The position numbers and the translations under genes were made by a program. Under the pieces are notes generated by a model. The model made no database searches, was not told where the DNA came from, and saw nothing but the letters and a program-made list of their open reading frames with translations. Positions 54,840 to 64,000 of a DNA stretch of 64,000 nt are shown one piece after another; position 1 is the stretch's first letter, and each line of letters opens with the position of its first letter. Source of the DNA: Mustelus asterias (taxonomy: Eukaryota). The DNA lies in contig NW_027590142.1 of NCBI RefSeq assembly GCF_964213995.1, forward strand, positions 310,001 through 374,000, given 5' to 3'.

Positions 54840-55331
54840 ATAGAATGCGTTTGCACGTGTGTGAGACAGTGGACTGCGCGTGCAAGAGGAGAGAGTGTGC
54901 GTGAGAGAAAGGATGTGTGAGATAATGTGTGTGTGTGAGACAGAATGTGTGTTTGAAGAGTTATTCTTTGTGTGTGACAGTGTGTCTCTTCTTGAAAATG
55001 TATATGTGTGGAGGGGCGGGGAGAGTGTGTGTGTGGGGAGTCTGTGTGAAAGAGTACTTCTGTGTGTGATTGTGTGTATGTTGATGTGAAAGGGAGTGTG
55101 TCTATTTGAGATACACGATGTCTGTGAAAGAGAGTGTGTGTGCCTGAGAGGGAGGTTATGTGTGTGGGAGAGTGTTGTGTTCATGTGAAAGACAGTGTGT
55201 GTGAGAGGGAGTGCCTATTGGAAAGCAAAATAATATGTTCATCAGTGTGTAAAACTGTGCATGGGATGGCGTGTGAGTGCGAAAGATGTGTACAATGTGT
55301 GTGGGTGATAGAAGCAATGTGGGGTGTTTGA

Positions 55332-55377
<46 letters not shown>

Positions 55378-56400
55378 AGGGGCGGGGAGAGTGTGTGTCA
55401 GCGAGAAAAAGTGTGAAACTTAGACAGAGTGGATGCGTGAGTGTGTGTGAGTGAAATGACTGTTGAGAGAACATGTGTCTGTGATAGGTGGAGTGTTTAA
55501 AGAGAGATACATTGTATATACATGTGTGTTCGTGTGTAAGAGACGGAGAGACTGTGTGCGAGATTGTGTGCGTGTGAAAGAAAGGGTGTTTGTGAGAGAC
55601 AGTGTTTGAGAGCAAGATTGTGCGTGTGTGAGATAATGTGTAAGGGAGTGAGCGTGTGAAAGAGAGAGAAATATGTACCTGTGTGAGAGAATGCGTGTGC
55701 AAGTGTCCGTATGAGAGAGAGAGAGCATGGGAATGTGTGTGAGATGAAGTGAGAGTGTACGGAAGAGGGAATGTGAGAGGGATAGTGCATGTGTGTGTGT
55801 GAGAGAGAGAATGTGTGCGCGAGACTGTGCTTATGTGAGAGACTGTGTCTGTGTGTAAGAGTGTGTGTTAGAGTGTGTGCATGTGTCTATGTTTGTGAGA
55901 GAGTGTTTGTGAGAGAGCAAGAATGTAGAGGTGTGAGACAGTGTGTGCAAGAGAGATAGAAATATGTGCGTGTCTGTGAGCGAGAGAGAGATGCGTGTGC
56001 AAGAGGAATTGTGAGAGAGCGTGTGAAGAAATGTGAGACAGCTTGAGCATGTGTGACAGAGAGTGGGGGAGAGAGTGCATGTGAGAGTGCGTGTGCGAGA
56101 GTGTGAGACTGCTTATGTGAGAGTGTGTGTCTGTGTATAAGAGAGAATGGATGGGTGTGTGGGATGTGATTGCTTTTGTGTATAGGGGTGTGAGAGATTG
56201 ATGGAGAGAGCGAGAGGATGTATGTATTTGTATTTGAGAGAATGCATGTGTAACGTGAGAGAGAGAGATGTGTATGGGTGTGTGAGAGAGGTCGTATGAG
56301 AGAGAAAGTAAGTGTGAGTATGTATGTGTGCATGTGTGAGAGTATATGAGAGTGTGTATGTGTGTATTTATGTGTGTGAGAGTGTGTGTGACGTGTGAAA
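54840..56400. repeat. (GT)n/(GA)n low-complexity tract
   Basis: Mixed TG/AG dinucleotide repeats; pure (TG)n near 55337-55376. Confidence 0.9.
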
Positions 56401-59400
56401 GTCTATATCTAGTTAATTCAGTTTGGAAATGCACCCTCACTCCAGACAAACTCACCCACTCTCACAGTAAATGGGAGTGACAAGTGAGCACAATACGGAG
56501 CGCGGGGCAGGGGTTGGAAAAACATTTAAATCTTTCACAATCAGTCGCAATTGAATAATTTCCGCTTTTCTCAATGAGCGAAAACTGTAAAAACTTTTAA
56601 AAATTGACACAATCCAGGGCAAAGCCACCCACAAGATTATGCGCCCCCTCATTCACCCTATTCGCTCTCTCCATCACTGACAAGCAGTGTCAGCAGTTTG
56701 TATTATATACAAGATGCACTGCAGCAACTCACCAAGGCTCCATACAAAACACTGTCCAAACCCGCTGCCTTTACATCCTAACAGGTCAAGGGCAGCAGCC
56801 ACATAAACACGACCACCTGCAAGCTCCCCTCCAAGACACACACCATCCTGACTTGAAACAGTATCTCAGTTCCTTCACAGTCGCTGGGTCAAAATCCTGG
56901 AATTTCCTGCCTAACAGCACGGCGGATGCCTGCAGCATATGGACTGCAGTTATTCAAGAATGCTTCACATCAACACTTTCATCAAGGAACAATAAGGGAA
57001 GATTAAAAATTCTGGCCGAGCAAATGACTCTAAAATGTCTTTAGAAGATTAAAAATAAGATGCAAATGAATTTGACCCTTCAACTGTCATACTAAACAGG
57101 TCAGGGACTGCTATAGTACGGAGCACAATACAGTAAATCTCACTTTGCATTTGCTCATCGAACATTCCCAAGGCCGGTACATCAAAGCTTAAAAATCACC
57201 GAAATCTCCCTCTCCAGTCTGACGTTTCTGCTCTGCCTGATGGTCACAATATGCTTTAGGGATCTCATTTCTGAGACTACAAGTCAAACATCAAGTCAAA
57301 CTGTCATGTTTCTCACAGTTACAAGTTTATAAAGAAATAAATCAAATTTCACTCCCTGAAATACAGCAGAAGAAACCAAAAGATTTACAACCAGTCAGGC
57401 AGATTCCTGGTCCCAGCACAGTGACCACGCACACAGAAACAGAACAGACATAAACGGTGCAACAATCGAGTGCCCAGCAGATAGATCTGTTCAATCTGTC
57501 AATTTCATTGAAACTGTTGGATTCTAATTGAACAATGGTCAACTTACAACAACAGAAAATCAATAACCTATGTTAAATTAAACTGATATTCATTTCACAA
57601 CTCCTTTCGACTTTTAATTATTTCTCTGTCTCACTTCTCGAAAACTATGTAAAAATGTAATTTCGCTGAAAATGAGCAATCAAAAATAACAGGTTCAGGA
57701 CAGTTCAATGTCCCTAACAGAGACGCAGTGACACAGTAAGAAGTAAACAAATCAAGAAACATTTACATTAAAAATCATTATCTGATTCGAGTTAATTTCT
57801 TAACTAAATTAATGAACAAAATAATCAAGGCAAAACACTTTATCGAGCTGAGCATAGCTGAGTAAAGAAATGTTTTGTTTCTGAATTCATTTTCGATACA
57901 ATTAAATATTCTCAAAACGGATTGTATTTTGCACGCCTGTACAGTATCCAAGTTCTTTTGTTTTAAATTAATCAGCACCAATATTATATTTTAAGTTATT
58001 GTTAATTGCCAGTTAGTTCACTTATCAGCTGATTTGAACTCTGTAATAAAATGAGTTTTCAATCATTCAAAACGCGCTTCTACCTCCAGCATTGTTAAAT
58101 AATTAGGTTACAATTAAATCTTATACAATGTTAAACAATAGTTTCAAATTACTGAATGGAAACATTCAGAATCTGTCATTCATTTACTTAAATCCAATCA
58201 CATTGTAATATTTTACTTTTCCACTTTTACTACAAATGTCGTATTATAACCTAGAAACGTGTTAAAAATGCATACTTCTGAATTTGTATAGGCTGTAACG
58301 GCCTGGCAGTTTGAAATCAATAATAATGCATTCTAGATTTAAAAAGTTAGACCATCCATATAACTTAATTACTGAACACATTGTTTAATTAAAGAAAATC
58401 TGAATTAAACAGTGCAAACACAAAGAGGACAATTGATTCAAATCCTCTAAAGCACGATGCAGAATATAAGTCCAGACTTTTTCTTCATTATAATATTTAA
58501 CAAGTATTAAACATAAGGTTCAGATATGATCAATTCTTCTATTCTGTCATTTATTCTTCCCATAATTCTATCCTGAGTTCAGCAGTAATGGGAGACATGA
58601 TGTTATTATTAAGTGCAGAGCTAATATTATTTTTGTAATATCAGAATATTTTTATATAAATTAATCTTTTTGAATTTCAAGCATTAACTTGTCCATCTCT
58701 AGCCAGTTTGTGTTGACACTTTACTACAATTCAAACACAATCATATGAACAATTGCTTGAGTGTCAGCGAATTCCACCTGTCAGAAAACTCTGCTCGCTC
58801 TGTCAAATTTATACAAACTCCTTGATTCTAATTGATCAAAGGTCAAATTACAACAACAAAAAAATCAATACATATTTTAAATTAACCTGATGTTCATTTC
58901 AAAACTCCCTTCGCCTTTTAACTATCTCTCTCTGTCTGTCTCAAATCCCGAAAACTGGGCAAAAATGTATTTTTTCTGAAAATGAGCACATCGAATATAA
59001 AAGATTCAGGGTAGTGTAATGTCCCTAAGAGAGATACAGTGTCACAGTAAGAATTGTAATTCATGATTTATTTTAATCTGTAAGCATCAGTTAACATGAA
59101 TAAAAGTCCTAACATCTAATTATTTTATTTTTCCGAAACCTGTTTACTTTACCCCTACAAGAATTTTCAAACGCAGTTTTATTTTCATTTAGCCAGAAAA
59201 CGTGTAACCGTTCAGTATCACTGAGTTGAACCAATACAGAAACAATTGAGAAACACCAAACCATTTCACAAATTTTGAGATGAGATTAGTAATTAATTAT
59301 CTCGGTATCCAATTACAAATTACTTGGAAGGAATAATCTGGTTGCGACTGCACAGAAAAAAAATGTAGTATTCGGATACAAAAATAGCCAAAAAGCAACG

Positions 59401-61234
59401 TCTTATTCTGCAAAACTCGTATTCCAGTGAATGCGAACTTAATCTGGGATATAACGACTAATGCAAAGTATCGTGTTCAGCTGAGAGCTGCTGTGGAAAC
59501 AGCATGTTATCATTGAAATAATTTCTGGAATTGTCACAAAATATTTGCAGTCTGGAAAATGTTCTGGTCATGTTAATTGTGTGAAAAGCACAACAGAACA
59601 ATTAAAGGGGATTACTGCTAAATTATATCAATACAAAGTAATCTTTGGTGAATATGGAGTTATATTACCGATTAATAATTGTTTGATTTATATTAATTTT
59701 ACTATTAAACTTGTTAATGAGAAGTTTGTGATTGCAGCAACGACGTAGTGTCCGAATGAGCGTTGTACGTCATGATTTATTTTAATTTGTAAGCGTTAGT
59801 TAAAATTTATAAAAATGCTGTAATATCTTTATTTTAGTTTTTTTCAAAAACCTGCTCGTTTTCTCCCTTCAAGGATTTTCAAACTCAAAGATTGTTTGCA
59901 TTCAACCAGAAAACGTCTAACCGCTCAGTGGCACCGAGTTTGAACAATGCAGAAATAATTCAGCAAAGCCAAACTCTTTCACAAATTTTAAACATTCATA
60001 GTGACCAAACCACAGAATCTCCTCAACGGAAACACACCAAAACACATCAATGAGGGAATGAATCCGTTTCATGGAGAAACAGCTCAATTATCCATTGAAC
60101 AGAGTCAAATGTAACATTGCAAGAAAATCTCAATATCGAATCTAGCAAACCAGCTCTTAACCAATTGTTAAAGGAAACATAAATCTGGAATAATAACAAT
60201 AGCATTGCGAGGAGATGGAAGATGCCCAACAAATTAGTATTGAAACGTTATCACATTTTATTCAGATTGGAATATATTTCAAACATATTTAAACATTTGG
60301 ATGGTAAAAGCTCCAGCCATCAAATGCCACCGAGATTAAACATTGCAGGTACCTCAGATTGTGAATGCCGTGACAAACTATGTTCTGAACGAGCGGCGTA
60401 AACCGTGGTTTAGTTTAACCTGCAATTATCACTTAAAATTTAAAAAATACAAACACACTAAAGCCTGTCTGATTTCTGCCTGCAGTCATGCGTCAAGCAA
60501 TTGTAAACCCGCAGCGTGTAACAGCTGTGTCACCGAGTTTAAACAATGCAGAAACACCAAACTATTTCACAAATTTTACTTACTTAAAGTCACCCAGATA
60601 CATAATCTCCTCACCAGAAAAAACGCACCACTGAGAGTCTGAACCCCGCTTCCTGCAGAAGCAGCTCAATTCTACAAACACTTTCAACAGAATCAAATGT
60701 AACATTGACAGAAATTTTTAATATAAATTCCAGCCAATCCACCCATCACCAAAGTAATTAATGTTTATAATAAGCAGAAATATTGCATAGCAGCACCAGC
60801 ACTGCTCGTGAGTGGAACATGTTCACTGGATTAATCTAGAAATTTTAGAACTTTTAAAAAATATTGGGTTCGATTTCAAACACTTGTGCAGTTGATGGTA
60901 CAACCCGCAGCCACTAGATGTCACCGAGATTAAACATGACCGACACGCTGAATTGTTTAACAGACGTCAGGCTTTTAAAGTAACCCAGCCACACAGTAGC
61001 CTCAAAAGATAAACACAAAATCACAATAATTAAGGATTGAATCGCTCAGCAGCCTCTATTGTCAAGAAACAGCAGAATTCTAGAACCCCTTTGCAGCAGA
61101 ATCACAGGAAACATTGTAAAAATTCTCAATCCACCAAACCCACATTTAAGTAAACAAATTGATTATTAGAATAGACAAAAATATAAAACAAAGACACATG
61201 TAAACCAATTATTCAATAAGTGCATCGCTCTTAC

Positions 61235-61282
61235 CTGCAGTCACCGTCACCATGGTACCTTGTCCCCAGTAGTCGAAGTAGT
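61235..61282 (-). CDS. IGHJ: JH segment
   Basis: ACTACTTCGACTACTGGGGACAAGGTACCATGGTGACGGTGACTGCAG|gtaag = YFDYWGQGTMVTVTA (WGxG motif). Confidence 0.98.
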
Positions 61283-61321
61283 CACAGTGTCACATTCCCT
61301 GGGCTGTGTCATACAATAACC
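61283..61321 (+). promoter_or_regulatory. JH recombination signal (23-RSS)
   Basis: CACAGTG-23 bp-ACAATAACC. Confidence 0.95.
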
Positions 61322-61648
61322 GTCCCTGTACAAAATAGACACAAAACCACCATTATTTTAAATATTCACAAACCAGAGGAAAAGCAAAGTCAATTAATGT
61401 TCATTAAATTATAATTGTATTTCTGGATACCATTCTCCATTTATAAATGACCCGAATGTTTTATATTTCACAGAGGAACACATGAACATGTTATTGATAA
61501 ACACCAACCGATAATTGAGTAATTATCACGTATTTTCCATGTTCATTCTTATCATGTGGTCAGTGCTGGACATAAATAATACTGTACTGTGATTAAAGTT
61601 GGAATTTAAAAGTGACTCTGATCCAGCCTCAATCAATTAGTGCTGAGG

Positions 61649-61717
61649 TGTTTTTGTATTGACACTAACTGCTGTGCCATTCCAGTTATCACAGTGAGAC
61701 ACAGCATGACAAATACT
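61649..61717 (-). other. IGHD: D2 segment (61677-61689, ATAACTGGAATGG) flanked by 12/12 RSS
   Basis: V-proximal CACAGTG-12-ACAAATACT (61690-61717); J-proximal CACAGCA-12-ACAAAAACA (61649-61676). Confidence 0.95.
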
Positions 61718-62026
61718 GCGGCAGATTATTAACTGTAAAATACAGATAGGTCATTTCACTGCTATTTCAAAAGTCTGTTTCCATGTCGTTTAAGAGTGAG
61801 TCAGTGAGATATTTCAATTTTTACTGGTCATGATATTGATAAAGGGGATTAGAAACTTTTACACTCTCTGTGCACATTCAGCATGTAAATCAATAACAAT
61901 AAAGTTGAAGTATTTTATATCTTTTAAAAAACAATGCTGCTTCTACCTATTATTTTGTCTATTCCTCATTGTGTTTAGCATTCGGCAGTGGCACTGATCA
62001 CATATTTAAGCAAAGTCTTTCTCTGA

Positions 62027-62106
62027 GGTTTTTGTATGAGGATGTCGCTGTGCTCAGCACTGTGACCCACTGCTGTATCACAGTGACACACACCCACACA
62101 AAAACT
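62027..62106 (-). other. IGHD: D1 segment (62065-62078, ATACAGCAGTGGGT) flanked by 12/22 RSS
   Basis: V-proximal CACAGTG-12-ACAAAAACT (62079-62106); J-proximal CACAGTG-22-ACAAAAACC (62027-62064). Confidence 0.96.
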
Positions 62107-62453
62107 GCACTCACTCTGTTCAGTACTGCCGCTCAATATTCACTTCAAATGGACCATTAGTTCTGCTCTAATTTAAAATGCATGCAACTGTTTATATAAC
62201 ACAATCTATCAGAAATATTAAAATGAGTAATATGTCCAGTGATGTACTTGCTGAAACTACAACAAATATAAAGTCAGTGAAAAGCTCACCCCGTTAGAGT
62301 GGTGAGTTTGTTAAATTTTACTGTTAAATGCTTTCTTTGTTACTTCTTTTAAACACGATTATGGTTTGGTTCTGACCACTGTCGTTAATATTACATTTAA
62401 AACAGATACTTACCTTCAGGTTATGATGGAAGTTGCTGAATTCCCTCTCGAGC

Positions 62454-62492
62454 TGTTCTTGTTCGGGTGCAGCCCTGGTTCCTCTCGCTGTG
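62454..62492 (-). promoter_or_regulatory. VH recombination signal (23-RSS)
   Basis: CACAGCG-23 bp-ACAAGAACA. Confidence 0.93.
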
Positions 62493-62797
62493 GTGTCTTG
62501 CACAGTAATAGATGGCCGTGTCTTCAATCTTCAGGCTCTTCATGTCCAAAGCGAAGATGCTGCTTGAAAGGTCTTTGGACGCAGTAAATCGGCCCTGAAT
62601 CCCGGAGGCGTAATATTTGTTGGATGAATCGTAGTAGCTAACGAGCCACTCCAGCCCCTGTCCGGGAACCTGCCGGATCCAACCCATCCAGGTGCTGCCA
62701 AGAGTCAAGCCGCTGGTTTTACAGGTCAGTTTGAGGGAGCCTCCGGGAAGCCCGGTCTCTGCCTCTGGCTGAGTCAACACAACCTCCGACTGGACAC
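62493..62797 (-). CDS. IGHV: VH exon (germline, unrearranged)
   Basis: cag|[52 protein letters not shown]...RFTASKD...[11 protein letters not shown]; conserved Cys/Trp/Cys, no stops. Confidence 0.98.
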
Positions 62798-62928
62798 CTG
62801 TAAAAATATATCAAAAACCCCGAGGATTAATCCTGGTGAAATGATTGCTGATTCTGCAACATTCCAGAGATAGAATAACACTGAGACAGTAGCAGTCAGA
62901 CTTGCACAATAAAAATAAAACTACTCAC

Positions 62929-62974
62929 CGGATAAGAAAGTCAGCAACAAACTGAGAGAAATCGCCGACCTCAT
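62929..62974 (-). CDS. IGHV: VH leader exon
   Basis: 46 nt, MRSAISLSLLLTFLS(G)|gtgag; phase 1, matching the V exon. Confidence 0.96.
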
Positions 62975-63059
62975 CCTTCTGGTGATTTGGGGGAAATGGT
63001 TGTGTCAGAAAATCAATGAACAAACCAACTCCGGGACTGTTGGATTCCGGTCCCAGTGA

Positions 63060-63160
63060 GCGGCATTTAAATACCCGGCAGAAGGGGGCGGCTTTCCAGG
63101 CGTCGCCTGTTGATTCCCTGCTGGAGGCGGCGACTGGTTCCACGTCCCACCTTCCACACC
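63060..63160 (-). promoter_or_regulatory. VH promoter: TATA-like box and GC-rich block, no canonical octamer
   Basis: TATTTAAA (minus, 63066-63073) ~95 nt upstream of the ATG; GC box at ~63084-63091; no exact ATGCAAAT/ATTTGCAT seen in 62975-64000. Confidence 0.65.
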
Positions 63161-64000
63161 CCAACAGAATGGACTCCGAGATTTACAATAGGTTAATATT
63201 AAAATGGACATTTTGTCTGTGTCGGGATATTTGTTTTGCTGAACATGTTCATTGTATTGTCTCCATTATTTCTGATGGTGAATTTGCAGTTCATCATTTC
63301 TTTATTTAAAAAAATTAATTCCATTGTAAATATGGTGTTTTTATTACCACGCCCCCAAGAAGAACACAAATCTAAAAATGCTGAAATAACATTTTTGGAA
63401 AATAAGGAGACCGTCAGTCTATTTTGCAATAATTCCGAATCTCTGTCACATTACAATAATAAAGCATAATTTATCAGAAGAATTGTTATCCATTTCTGTA
63501 ACTAAATGTGGGGGATGAACAAAGTGATTCTATTTACTGTGTGGATGGCTATCACTGTACAGTTTGGGTTTGGAGATGAGAGGAAACTCTCACACAATAC
63601 AATGTTTCTCCTTATATTTGTCAAACTACCTCAATCTCGAAGACAGCCCTTTGAAAATAATAAGAATCCCGCCTTCCTGATAATTAAACAGTGAGTTGAT
63701 TGTGAAACATAAAAATAAATCGACTTTTGACAGAGAAGTTAATGAATCGGAACGGACACGGAGATCATGAAAGTTCTTCTTCAGCATCTAAATAATTGCA
63801 GCTCACTCTATCGGCCACCGGCTGTCTAACATTCCCAGGTATTGCGAACACAGGATATCAGGGCTTTGCGGCACATTGCAAATATCACAAAAATAAATGT
63901 TTTATCTTCCATTGAATCAGGTTATGAACTGATCATTTCGCCACTCATTGGCAGCTATGAGAGGAACTCTTCAATAATGGAAATCAGATTATACTGTACA

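Noticed and set aside
51360-56455. ORFs of 150-250 aa in the J-C intron (possible extra exons)
   Set aside because: They derive from minisatellite/simple repeats or span the N gap; no Ig-domain motifs.
62036-62052. Cryptic heptamer (CACAGCG) inside the D1 22-bp spacer sharing its nonamer
   Set aside because: The spacer would be only 10 bp, outside the 12+/-1 tolerance.
43332-62974. IgNAR, IgW or a germline-joined gene
   Set aside because: Conventional VH with full FR2/CDR2, two D segments with intact RSS, four C exons including a Cmu1 with the light-chain Cys, and an IgM-type tailpiece.

Overview
Vertebrate DNA, almost certainly a shark/elasmobranch (cluster-type IgH organisation, HE1-like SINEs, CR1/HER1-like LINEs); the species cannot be determined from the window. 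Bases 1-38.2 kb hold a dense, TE-riddled cluster of eight KRAB-less C2H2 zinc-finger genes or pseudogenes. Two of the pairs are head-to-head around related CpG-rich promoters. About 39-43 kb is a boundary zone with decayed tRNA-Val and tRNA-Glu copies and a CTCF-like motif. Bases 43.3-63.1 kb hold one complete, unrearranged IgM heavy-chain minilocus on the minus strand: leader, VH-23RSS, 12-D1-22, 12-D2-12, 23-JH, Cmu1-4, secretory tail, TM1 and TM2. All exons and splice sites are intact; there is a 158-N assembly gap in the J-C intron. Most interesting unexplained structure: a strand-biased, AID-hotspot-rich 20-bp repeat just upstream of Cmu1; CTCF-like sites and duplicated modules just downstream of JH; fossil N-terminal fingers with shared in-frame TGAs plus a conserved 3' element in the ZNF genes; an inverted templated insertion into a zinc finger; minimal hammerhead ribozymes with covariation; and a Copia/GalEa-like relic. 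Repeat coordinates were read by eye and are approximate.
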